This document shows positions 1 to 7,830 of a DNA stretch of 23,414 nucleotides, in pieces (within the stretch, counting starts at the first letter, position 1; the number at the start of each line of letters is the position of its first letter). A program made the translations under genes and the position numbers. Where the stretch lies: IMG/VR virus record IMGVR_UViG_2534682236_000019; one strand, 5' to 3'. The notes below the pieces were generated by a model, which ran no database searches, was not told where the DNA came from, and saw only the letters and a list, made by a program, of their open reading frames with translations. This stretch comes from a virus. Its lineage: Duplodnaviria > Heunggongvirae > Uroviricota > Caudoviricetes.

Positions 1-37
1 CCCCTCACCTGTCAATTCACTCACTGGAAATTTAATT

Positions 38-721
38 ATGAAATTACCTGTAAAGTTATTAATGAGCCTTATATCTCTGGTCAGCGTTATTGCACGTGCC
101 GGGGAATATAAAAATTACAGCCGGGATGAAATAAAATACTGGCGATATACATCATACAAGGGGTGGAAACTTCCGGAAGGTTTCACTGATGAGAAATTTT
201 CCAGCGCCATTTACAACGGAAGAATATTTACAATGAAACGTTTACATACCCTGATGTTCTTTGTGGCTATTCTGTTTACAGGCTTTAACTTTAACGCAGA
301 AGCGGCTACCGTGAAGCAAGCCCTTAGTTGTAACCCGGAAGCCTGGGCTGAACAACCTGGGGCGTGTCCATCAACACACGAGTTGTACGAAGGTGACTCT
401 ACCTACAAAGCTGCTGTCGACAAAGCATTAAACCCTGTTGGATTAAACGGCATGTTCGGTAAAGGCGGCTATATGGATGGCCCTGGCGGAGGTATCACGC
501 CAGTAACCATTAATGGTACGGTCTGGCTCCAGGGTGACGGCTGCAAAGCCAATACTTGCGGCTGGGACTTTATCGTAACACTCTATAACCCAAAAACCCA
601 TGAAGTCGTTGGCTACCGCTACTATGGTTTAGATGACCCGGCCTACCTGGTTTGGTTCGGCGAAATTGGTGTCCATGAATTCGCGTATCTGGTGAAAAAC
701 TACGTAGCTGCGGTTAACTAA
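38..721 (+). CDS. Exported hypothetical protein; start ambiguous (ATG 38 gives 227 aa, in-frame ATG 233 gives 162 aa with signal peptide MKRLHTLMFFVAILFTGFNFNAEA)
   Basis: Uninterrupted ORF. Hydrophobic N-terminal segment ending in AEA-like cleavage site from the internal start. Paired cysteines including CKANTCG. Only weak Shine-Dalgarno sequences before either start. Confidence 0.55.
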   Translation: MKLPVKLLMSLISLVSVIARAGEYKNYSRDEIKYWRYTSYKGWKLPEGFTDEKFSSAIYNGRIFTMKRLHTLMFFVAILFTGFNFNAEAATVKQALSCNPEAWAEQPGACPSTHELYEGDSTYKAAVDKALNPVGLNGMFGKGGYMDGPGGGITPVTINGTVWLQGDGCKANTCGWDFIVTLYNPKTHEVVGYRYYGLDDPAYLVWFGEIGVHEFAYLVKNYVAAVN

Positions 722-736
722 TTTAAGGAGTCTGTC

Positions 737-1147
737 ATGAAAACTTTTATCAAAACTTTACTCGTTGCTGTAACTATTCTGTTTTCTGTCTTCGCTACTG
801 CGAAACAAGTAAAACTGCCAAATAACATCAAATACGTTAATACTACAGAAGCGTTTTCCTGTACCGAAATTGACGGTATGAATTGCCAGACAAAGAATCA
901 GTTCAACTATAAAGATAACAGCTATGTTTTCGTGCTTGAACGTGGCGGTGCCTGGTGCTACGACTACACTGTCTCGGTACTTAACCTGAAAACCGGGAAA
1001 GCACAAATGATTGAATACGGGGACAATCAACTGTGCTCAGGTAGCAACAAACCGTTCTTCGAAATCAAAAATGGCGTATCGACGGTAGGAGTCATTGACA
1101 CATCCGGAAAACCTGTCGTTGTGGCTCTGGACAAACTTAAAATCTGA
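737..1147 (+). CDS. Exported hypothetical protein (136 aa) with N-terminal signal peptide
   Basis: Good RBS (AAGGAG, 6 nt spacing). Signal-peptide-like N-terminus MKTFIKTLLVAVTILFSVFATA. Several cysteines consistent with periplasmic disulfides. Confidence 0.65.
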   Translation: MKTFIKTLLVAVTILFSVFATAKQVKLPNNIKYVNTTEAFSCTEIDGMNCQTKNQFNYKDNSYVFVLERGGAWCYDYTVSVLNLKTGKAQMIEYGDNQLCSGSNKPFFEIKNGVSTVGVIDTSGKPVVVALDKLKI

Positions 1148-1290
1148 GGAGTAAACCATGCGTTTCTCTGCACATTATTAATATCAAAGGTAAATACAGC
1201 CTCGGCCATTGTTACCGGAAAGCCGCTTAATGCGTGGCTCGCCAGTGAAAGGCTTCTCAGACAATAAACCTTATTCATTTCACCCGTCAG

Positions 1291-1326
1291 GCCGCGTCTT
1301 CTCCGGGAGATGCGGCTTTTTTCATT
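1291..1326 (+). terminator. Rho-independent terminator after the two exported-protein genes
   Basis: Stem GCCGCGTC / GATGCGGC (8 bp, one G-U) with 10-nt loop, followed by TTTTTTCATTT. Confidence 0.5.
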
Positions 1327-1367
1327 TATTGCACCAGTAAATCTTAACCACCGATAAGGAGCAAATT

Positions 1368-2186
1368 ATGCGACTAGCCAGTCGTTTTGGTTATGCGAAC
1401 CAGATACGCCGTGACCGTCCGCTGACACACGAAGAACTGATGCACTATGTGCCGGGGATTTTCGGGGAAGATAAACACACGTCCCGAAGCCAGAACTATA
1501 CGTACATCCCCACCATCACCGTACTGGAAAGCCTGCAGCGGGAAGGCTTTCAGCCATTCTTCGCCTGCCAGACCCGTGTGCGCGACCCGGGCCGCCGGGG
1601 ATACACAAAACACATGCTGCGTCTGCGGCGGGCCGGAGAGATAAACGGAGAACATGTCCCTGAAATTATTCTGCTCAACTCTCATGACGGTACCTCCAGC
1701 TACCAGATGCTGCCGGGTTACTTCAGGTTCGTCTGCCAGAACGGATGCGTCTGTGGTCAGTCTCTGGGGGAAGTGCGTGTTCCGCACCGGGGAAATGTGG
1801 TGGACAGAGTCATTGAAGGGGCTTACGAGGTGGTGGGGGTTTTTGACCGGATTGAGGAAAAGCGTGATGCCATGCAGTCGCTAATTCTGCCGCCACCGGC
1901 ACGCCAGGCGCTGGCACAGGCGGCACTGACTTACCGTTATGGTGACGAACATCAGCCCGTCACCACCGCCGACATTCTGACGCCACGACGCCGGGAGGAT
2001 TACGGTAAGGACCTGTGGAGTGCTTATCAGACCATCCAGGAGAATATGCTGAAAGGCGGGATTTCCGGTCGCAGTGCAAAAGGAAAACGTATCCACACCC
2101 GTGCCATTCACAGCATCGACACCGATATTAAGCTCAACCGCGCATTGTGGGTGATGGCAGAAACGCTGCTGGAGAGTATGCGCTGA
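1368..2186 (+). CDS. DUF932-family island protein (YafZ/YfjQ-like), 272 aa
   Basis: Strong RBS (AAGGAG). Length and sequence character match the DUF932 proteins of CP4-type cryptic prophages as I recall them. Stop overlaps the next start (TGATG). Confidence 0.75.
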   Translation: MRLASRFGYANQIRRDRPLTHEELMHYVPGIFGEDKHTSRSQNYTYIPTITVLESLQREGFQPFFACQTRVRDPGRRGYTKHMLRLRRAGEINGEHVPEIILLNSHDGTSSYQMLPGYFRFVCQNGCVCGQSLGEVRVPHRGNVVDRVIEGAYEVVGVFDRIEEKRDAMQSLILPPPARQALAQAALTYRYGDEHQPVTTADILTPRRREDYGKDLWSAYQTIQENMLKGGISGRSAKGKRIHTRAIHSIDTDIKLNRALWVMAETLLESMR

Positions 2187-2431
2187 TGAAACATATCCCT
2201 GAAGGCGTGATTCAGGTACCAGAATCCCCCGACGCCCCGGAAGCGCTGCCGGGGTGTCGTTCCATTTCTGATGATGACCTGTGCGCCTGGTGTACCCGTC
2301 TGCTTTACCGTCCCGGAGAAATCAGTCTGTGCAGACTGAGTACAGGCAATGGCATCTGGCCATCCGTCTGTGACCGGAACGGTTACGCATACGGCTGTCC
2401 GGAATTTCAGCCGAATATCATTCATCCCTGA
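2186..2431 (+). CDS. Small Cys-rich hypothetical protein (81 aa), translationally coupled to the upstream gene
   Basis: ATG overlaps the upstream stop (TGATG). Eight Cys in 81 aa suggests metal binding. Internal start of the listed 94-aa ORF chosen because of the coupling. Confidence 0.5.
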   Translation: MKHIPEGVIQVPESPDAPEALPGCRSISDDDLCAWCTRLLYRPGEISLCRLSTGNGIWPSVCDRNGYAYGCPEFQPNIIHP

Positions 2432-2524
2432 TATTACCGGGTCTCACGGTCAGTGATGAACGTGATGTTGCCAGCTCCCGACCTTTACTCCCTCTCATTT
2501 ATTCACATTACAAGGATTTCACTC

Positions 2525-3004
2525 ATGAAAATCGCTTCTCAGAACACAACTGCTCTTTCTTCAGCCACAGCACCAGGGAGTGACCAGTCCCGACTTGTTG
2601 CCACCATAGTCCCTGATGAACAGCGCATCAGCTTCTGGCCGCAGCATTTTGGCCTCATTCCACAGTGGGTGACCCTGGAGCCCCGTGTCTTCGGCTGGAT
2701 GGACCGTCTTTGCGAAGACTACTGCGGTGGTATCTGGAATCTGTACACCCTGAACAACGGCGGGGCATTTATGGTACCCGAACCGGATGACGATGATGAC
2801 GAAACATGGGTACTGTTCAATGCCATGAACGGTAACCGCGCTGAAATGAGCCCGGAAGCCGCCGGCATTGCCGCCTGTCTGATGGCGTACAGCCATCACG
2901 CCTGTCGTACAGAGAATTATGCCATGACAGTTCATTATTACCGGCTGCGGGATTATGCCCTGCAGCATCCGGAATGCAGCGCCATTATGCGCATCATCGA
3001 CTGA
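2525..3004 (+). CDS. Antirestriction protein, ArdB/KlcA family (YfjX/YafX-like)
   Basis: Motifs WPQHFG..PQW.TLEPR.FGWMDRLC.DYCGGIW.LYTL.NGGAFM.PE and HYYRLRDYALQHPE..AIMRIID, characteristic of this family. Internal ATG at 2525 chosen over the upstream ATG. Confidence 0.8.
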   Translation: MKIASQNTTALSSATAPGSDQSRLVATIVPDEQRISFWPQHFGLIPQWVTLEPRVFGWMDRLCEDYCGGIWNLYTLNNGGAFMVPEPDDDDDETWVLFNAMNGNRAEMSPEAAGIAACLMAYSHHACRTENYAMTVHYYRLRDYALQHPECSAIMRIID

Positions 3005-3019
3005 ATGGAGGCAGGGACA

Positions 3020-3496
3020 ATGCAGCAGCTTTCCTTTCTGCCCGGAGAAATGACGCCCGGCGAGCGCAGTCTCATTCTGCGGGCCCTGAAAACCCTGGAC
3101 CGCCATCTTCATGAACCCGGCGTGGCCTTCACCTCCACCCGTGCGGCACGGGAATGGCTGATTCTGAACATGGCAGGACTGGAGCGTGAAGAATTCCGGG
3201 TGCTGTATCTGAACAACCAGAATCAGATGATTGCCGGTGAAACCCTCTTCACCGGCACCATTAACCGCACGGAAGTCCATCCCCGGGAAGTGATTAAACG
3301 CGCCCTGTACCACAATGCCGCTGCCGTGGTACTGGCACACAATCACCCGTCCGGTGAAGTCACACCCAGCAAGGCAGACCGCCTTATCACGGAACGTCTG
3401 GTACAGGCACTGGCCCTGGTGGATATCCGGGTGCCGGACCATCTGATAGTCGGTGGCAGCCAGGTTTTCTCCTTTGCGGAACACGGTCTGCTTTAA
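3020..3496 (+). CDS. RadC-like JAB/MPN-domain protein (YeeS/YkfG/YfjY-like)
   Basis: JAMM metal-binding motif HNHPSGEVTPSKAD. RBS GGAGG 8 nt before ATG 3020. Conserved position after the antirestriction gene in CP4-type islands. Confidence 0.85.
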   Translation: MQQLSFLPGEMTPGERSLILRALKTLDRHLHEPGVAFTSTRAAREWLILNMAGLEREEFRVLYLNNQNQMIAGETLFTGTINRTEVHPREVIKRALYHNAAAVVLAHNHPSGEVTPSKADRLITERLVQALALVDIRVPDHLIVGGSQVFSFAEHGLL

Positions 3497-3582
3497 CCCG
3501 TCACCGTCACAATCACCTTCATATCACTTCAGTTTCTCTTTCTCAGCTGTTTCTTACTTTCACATTCAGGAGGACTATTCTC

Positions 3583-3804
3583 ATGAAAATCATCACCCGT
3601 GGTGAAGCCATGCGTATTCACCGTCAGCATCCTGCATCCCGTCTTTTTCCGTTCTGTACCGGTAAATACCGCTGGCACGGTAGCACGGATACATATACCG
3701 GTCGTGAAGTACAGGATATTCCCGGTGTGCTGGCCGTGTTTGCTGAACGCCGTAAGGACAGTTTTGGCCCGTATGTCCGGCTGATGAGCGTCACCCTGAA
3801 CTGA
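3583..3804 (+). CDS. DUF987-family small protein (YeeT-like), 73 aa
   Basis: Strong RBS (AGGAGG). Size and position immediately upstream of the antitoxin gene match the YeeT/YkfH family. Confidence 0.75.
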   Translation: MKIITRGEAMRIHRQHPASRLFPFCTGKYRWHGSTDTYTGREVQDIPGVLAVFAERRKDSFGPYVRLMSVTLN

Positions 3805-3878
3805 ATCAGGGCATTCAGATGAGCAGCATTATCGCCACCACCGGACCATTCTTAACTGATTTCTGTGAGGATTTTATC

Positions 3879-4256
3879 GTGTCAGACGCACTCTCCGGGA
3901 CAATGCTTCCCGACGACAATCACGACCGCCCCTGGTGGGGGCTGCCCTGCACCGTGACGCCCTGTTTCGGGGCCCGACTGGTGCAGGAGGGTAACCGGTT
4001 GCATTACCTTGCCGACCGCGCCGGTATCAGAGGCAGGTTCAGCGACGCGGATGCGTACCACCTGGACCAGGCCTTTCCGCTGCTGATGAAACAACTGGAA
4101 CTCATGCTCACCGGCGGTGAACTGAATCCCCGCCATCAGCATACCGTCACACTGTATGCGAAAGGGCTGACCTGCGAAGCCGACACCCTCGGCTCCTGTG
4201 GTTACGTTTATCTGGCGGTTTATCCGACACCGGCAGCGCCCGCAACCACCGTATAA
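3879..4256 (+). CDS. cbeA: Type IV antitoxin, CbeA/YeeU family (paralogues YfjZ and YafW cannot be distinguished here)
   Basis: Core LPDDNHDRPWWGLPCTVTPCFGARLVQEGNRLHYLADRAGI...LDQAFPLLMKQLELML matches the family. GTG start at 3879 with GAGG 8 nt upstream fits the family length (about 125 aa) better than the 145-aa ATG ORF from 3819. Confidence 0.8.
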   Translation: MSDALSGTMLPDDNHDRPWWGLPCTVTPCFGARLVQEGNRLHYLADRAGIRGRFSDADAYHLDQAFPLLMKQLELMLTGGELNPRHQHTVTLYAKGLTCEADTLGSCGYVYLAVYPTPAAPATTV

Positions 4257-4302
4257 CACCGGATATCTCTCCTTTATCACCACCTGTTACAGAGAACTTA
4301 AG

Positions 4303-4680
4303 ATGAATACATTACCCGACACTCACGTACGGGAGGCATCGGGCTGCCCGTCTCCCGTCACCATCTGGCAGACACTGCTCACCCGACTGCTGGACCAGCA
4401 CTATGGTCTCACGCTGAATGACACACCGTTCGCTGATGAACGTGTGATTGAGCAGCATATTGAGGCAGGGATTTCACTGTGTGATGCGGTGAACTTTCTC
4501 GTTGAAAAATACGCGCTGGTACGAACCGACCAGCCGGGATTCAGCGCAGGAGCCCCGTCGCAGTTAATCAACAGCATTGATATTCTCCGGGCCCGCCGGG
4601 CAACCGGCCTGATGACCCGCAGCCACTACAGAACGGTAAATGACATTACCCTGGGTAAACGCACGGAGGCAAAACGATGA
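4303..4680 (+). CDS. cbtA: Type IV toxin, CbtA/YeeV family (cytoskeleton-inhibiting toxin)
   Basis: WQ.LL.RLLDQHYGLTLNDTPFADERVIEQHIEAGISLCDAVNFLVEKYALVRTDQPGF matches the family. Internal ATG at 4303 gives about 125 aa. Directly downstream of the antitoxin. Confidence 0.8.
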   Translation: MNTLPDTHVREASGCPSPVTIWQTLLTRLLDQHYGLTLNDTPFADERVIEQHIEAGISLCDAVNFLVEKYALVRTDQPGFSAGAPSQLINSIDILRARRATGLMTRSHYRTVNDITLGKRTEAKR

Positions 4681-5165
4681 AACTGGCCCTGACGCTGGAA
4701 GCTGACAGCGTTAACGTACAGGCACTGAACATGGGGCGAATTGTCGTTGACGTCGATGGTGTTGAGCTTGCCGAACTGATTAACGTGGTCTGCGATAACG
4801 GCTACTCCCTTCGTGTTGTTGATAAATCTGACCGGACCTCAACAGACAGCATCCCCCCCTCAGTTGCCCTGAGCGGCATACGCTGCAGCACCGCACATAT
4901 CACGGAAACGGACAACGCCTGGCTGTACTCGCTGTCACACCAGACTAATGACGACGGGGAATCAGAATGGATTCATTTTACCGGCAGTGGCTATCTGTTA
5001 CGTACCGATGCGTGGTCGTACCCGGTTCTGCGGCTTAAACGCCTGGGGGTGTCAAAAACCTTCCGTCGTCTGGTTGTCACACTTACCCGACGTTATGGCG
5101 TCAGTCTCATTCATCTGGATGCCTGCGCTGAATGCCTGCCGGGTTTACCCACTTTCAACTGGTAA
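4677..5165 (+). CDS. YeeW-like island protein (162 aa)
   Basis: ATGA overlap with the toxin stop. Conserved position after cbtA in CP4-type islands. Confidence 0.7.
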   Translation: MKLALTLEADSVNVQALNMGRIVVDVDGVELAELINVVCDNGYSLRVVDKSDRTSTDSIPPSVALSGIRCSTAHITETDNAWLYSLSHQTNDDGESEWIHFTGSGYLLRTDAWSYPVLRLKRLGVSKTFRRLVVTLTRRYGVSLIHLDACAECLPGLPTFNW

Positions 5166-5176
5166 CCAGGAGCAAC

Positions 5177-5374
5177 ATGAAATCATTAACCACGGAAAGC
5201 GCTCTGGATATTCTGATTGCGTGGCTGCAGGACAATATCGACTGCGAATCGGGAATTATCTTTGACAACGATGAAGATAAAACGGATTCGGCAGCACTGT
5301 TGCCCTGTATTGAACAGGCCAGGGAGGATATCCGTACCCTGCGCCAGCTGCAGCTTCCAGACCAGAACCGGTGA
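5177..5374 (+). CDS. Small acidic hypothetical protein (66 aa, YpjJ-like position)
   Basis: Internal ATG at 5177 preceded by AGGAGC. Followed by a terminator. Confidence 0.5.
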   Translation: MKSLTTESALDILIAWLQDNIDCESGIIFDNDEDKTDSAALLPCIEQAREDIRTLRQLQLPDQNR

Positions 5375-5403
5375 GTCTCATTCACCACTCTTCATTCCAC
5401 TGA

Positions 5404-5437
5404 CGCCAGCCTGAGCAGGGCTGGCGTTTTCATTTAT
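5404..5437 (+). terminator. Rho-independent terminator closing the island operon
   Basis: Stem CGCCAGCC / GGCTGGCG (8 bp), 6-nt loop, then TTTT. Confidence 0.65.
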
Positions 5438-5456
5438 TTGTAAAAAGGAAATGTAA

Positions 5457-6876
5457 TGAACGCATCCCAACATTATGAAATGAGCCGCTCGGGGATTAAG
5501 TAGATGAGTGTGGAACCCCGCAGATTTCCGGCATCATCGTGCCCAACGGGATGCGTTTCGCTCCCAACAGACTGGAGGATCCACACCATGAAATATATCC
5601 CTGTCGGTGTTGATATTGCAAAACATCTTATGCAGGTGCATTTCGTTGATGAACATACCGGAGAGATTATCGATAAGCAGGTTAAGCGTGAGAAATTCCT
5701 TGAATATTTCAGCAACCGTGAACCCTGCCTTATCGGCATGGAGGCCTGTGGGGGTTCTCATCACTGGGCGCGTGAGCTTCAGAAACTGGGACATAAGGTC
5801 AGATTACTCAAAGGCCGGTTCGTCAAAGCATTCGTGATGGGAAATAAAAACGATGTGATGGACGCCCGAGCCATCTGGCTGGCGGTTCAGCAGCCGGTAA
5901 AATCCGTCGCCGTTAAAAGCGAGGAGCAACAGGCTACGCTGGGGTTACACCGAATGCGCCAGCAACTGGTGAAGTTCAGGACAGCACAAATAAACGCGCT
6001 TCACGGTCTCTTGCTGGAATTTGGTGAAACGACGCACAAGGGGCGTGCTGCTTTGGCGAAGGAGGTGCCGGAAGCCCTGGAGCGTCTGAAGGAGCGGCTA
6101 CCGCTCTACCTGATAAACATGCTGGATGAACAATATCAGCGAATTACTGAACTTGATGAACATCTTGACCACATTGAGAAGCAGCTGCAGGCGGTAGCCA
6201 GACAGAATGAAACCTGTCAGCGGTTACTGAACATCCCAGGCGTGGGGCCGTTAATCGCCACCGCTGCCGTTGCCACGATGGGAGACGCCTCCGCCTTTAA
6301 GTCGGGACGGGAATTCGCCGCGTTTATCGGTCTGGTGCCCAGACAGACAGGCTCAGGAGGAAAAATCCGCCTGCTGGGAATAAGCAAACGTGGTGATAAA
6401 TATCTGCGAACCCTGTTTATTCATGGTGCAAGGGCGGCAGCATTACTGACCAAAGAACCTGGTCCATGGATAACCGAACTGAAAAAGCGTCGTCCGGCCA
6501 GCGTGGCAATCGTCGCAATGGCAAACAAGCTGGCGCGAACGGTGTGGGCAATAGCCGCTCACGGACGTAAATACGACAAAAATCATGTCAGTATCAGGCC
6601 TGATTAATCGCTGATACCGATAAACATAAACTCTTTACAAAAGGGTGAATGCAGAAAGGTTGCTCTGGCAGCCAGCGTGATGACAAAGACAGGTAAGACC
6701 GTGACTCACTAAACCTGGATAATCGATTGGGCCTAAAGCCCGCTGAGGAAATGAGGCGTGAGTCGGCGAATTACATAGGGGCTCGCAGCTTCCGGGCTGC
6801 AATAAAGCCGGATATAAAGCTGCAACCTACCGTCGATGTCAGAACAATGGATGCCTTTGCAAACGGGATGCGTTCA
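5457..6876 (+). mobile_element. IS110-family insertion sequence (about 1.42 kb; IS1111-like size and layout), boundaries approximate
   Basis: A single DEDD-type transposase ORF flanked by a perfect 12-13 bp inverted repeat (TGAACGCATCCC at 5457-5468; GGGATGCGTTCA at 6865-6876). Non-coding arms of about 130 bp (5') and 270 bp (3'). Inserted between the island terminator and the next gene. Confidence 0.6.
5588..6607 (+). CDS. IS110-family transposase (DEDD RuvC-like N-terminal domain plus C-terminal transposase domain), 339 aa
   Basis: N-terminal IPVGVDIAKH...GMEACGG...MDARAI and C-terminal GVGPLIATA...FAAFIGLVPRQTGSGGK...ISKRGDKYLR are hallmark IS110/IS116/IS902-type motifs. ATG 5588 preceded by GGAGG. 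Confidence 0.85.
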   Translation: MKYIPVGVDIAKHLMQVHFVDEHTGEIIDKQVKREKFLEYFSNREPCLIGMEACGGSHHWARELQKLGHKVRLLKGRFVKAFVMGNKNDVMDARAIWLAVQQPVKSVAVKSEEQQATLGLHRMRQQLVKFRTAQINALHGLLLEFGETTHKGRAALAKEVPEALERLKERLPLYLINMLDEQYQRITELDEHLDHIEKQLQAVARQNETCQRLLNIPGVGPLIATAAVATMGDASAFKSGREFAAFIGLVPRQTGSGGKIRLLGISKRGDKYLRTLFIHGARAAALLTKEPGPWITELKKRRPASVAIVAMANKLARTVWAIAAHGRKYDKNHVSIRPD

Positions 6877-6889
6877 TATAATATCGATT

Positions 6890-7738
6890 ATGTCTGATAT
6901 CACAGCCTCCCGTCCGAAAGTGGTCAACGGGCATACGGACGTTATCTGCTCCACCTCAGTCAGCCACATTCTGGCTGTACGAAAGAGTACACTGCTGCAA
7001 ATCGACACACTTATCCGGCAACTGGCTGAAATCTCAGCAATGACGGAAAGCATTGGCGGCAAAACCGCCCGGGACTGGGCCATGAAACAGGATTTTCGCT
7101 GCGGCTGCTGGCTGATGGATAAAACGGAAACCGCAATGAAAGCCATCACCCGCAATCTTGACCGCGAAATCTGGCGTGACCTGATGCAACGTTCCGGGAT
7201 GCTGTCATTAATGGATGTGCAGGCCCGTGATACATGGTACAGCTCACTGGAGTACGATAATTTTCCGGAAATCAGTGAAGCGAACATTCTGAGCACATTT
7301 GAACAACTGCACCAGAACAAAGATGAAGTGTTTGAGCGAGGGGTGATCAACGTCTTCAGAGGGCTGAACTGGAATTACAAAACCAATTGCCCCTGTAAAT
7401 TTGGCAGTAAAATTATCGTCAACAATCTGGTGAGGTGGGACCTGTGGGGATTGCATCTTATCACCGGGCAACAGGCAGATCGACTTGCCGACCTGGAAAG
7501 AATGCTGCACCTGTTCAGCGGCAAACCGATCCCCGACAGCCGGGAAAATATTATTATTCGGCTGGATGATCACATCCGCTCCGTTCAGGGCAAAGCCTGC
7601 TATGAAGATGAGATGTTCAGCATCAGATACTTTAAGAAGGGCTCCGCGCATATCACGTTCAGAAAACCAGAACTGGTTGATCGGCTAAATGACATCATTG
7701 CGAAGTATTATCCAGAAATAATCCCATACAATATCTAA
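6890..7738 (+). CDS. Conserved island hypothetical protein (282 aa; possibly DUF4942-like), integrase-adjacent
   Basis: Long ORF with plausible codon usage. Start chosen at ATG 6890, just beyond the IS right inverted repeat; the upstream part of the listed ORF would be IS-derived. Family name is from memory only. Confidence 0.55.
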   Translation: MSDITASRPKVVNGHTDVICSTSVSHILAVRKSTLLQIDTLIRQLAEISAMTESIGGKTARDWAMKQDFRCGCWLMDKTETAMKAITRNLDREIWRDLMQRSGMLSLMDVQARDTWYSSLEYDNFPEISEANILSTFEQLHQNKDEVFERGVINVFRGLNWNYKTNCPCKFGSKIIVNNLVRWDLWGLHLITGQQADRLADLERMLHLFSGKPIPDSRENIIIRLDDHIRSVQGKACYEDEMFSIRYFKKGSAHITFRKPELVDRLNDIIAKYYPEIIPYNI

Positions 7739-7830
7739 TAAAACTAATCATTTCTTGTTGTGACTGATTTAGTTGAACCATACTGCATGGTCGAGTAGAC
7801 AGGGTATCTCAGACCATGCATGTATTTTTA

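Noticed and set aside
38-232. Separate upstream gene for the 65 N-terminal residues of the first ORF
   Set aside because: No stop codon separates it from the downstream frame, so it is either an N-terminal extension or untranslated leader. Reported as start ambiguity.
1147-1180. Seven-codon mini-ORF (MRFSAHY) with a GAGGAG RBS directly after the second exported-protein gene
   Set aside because: Too short to evaluate and no attenuator-like alternative structures seen; could be a chance ATG after an RBS-like sequence.
758-2425. Several 76-137-aa ORFs on the minus strand or in alternative frames within the exported-protein and DUF932 genes
   Set aside because: All overlap stronger same-locus genes with family motifs or signal peptides, and their translations are low-complexity.
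2561-3484. 307-aa minus-strand ORF spanning the antirestriction and RadC-like genes
   Set aside because: Antisense shadow of two well-supported plus-strand genes; Gly/His/Cys-rich low-complexity translation with no RBS context.
1310-5445. Similar TTTTCATTTATT tails after the terminators at about 1320 and about 5430
   Set aside because: Only about 12 bp of similarity, which is expected by chance between T-rich terminator tails.
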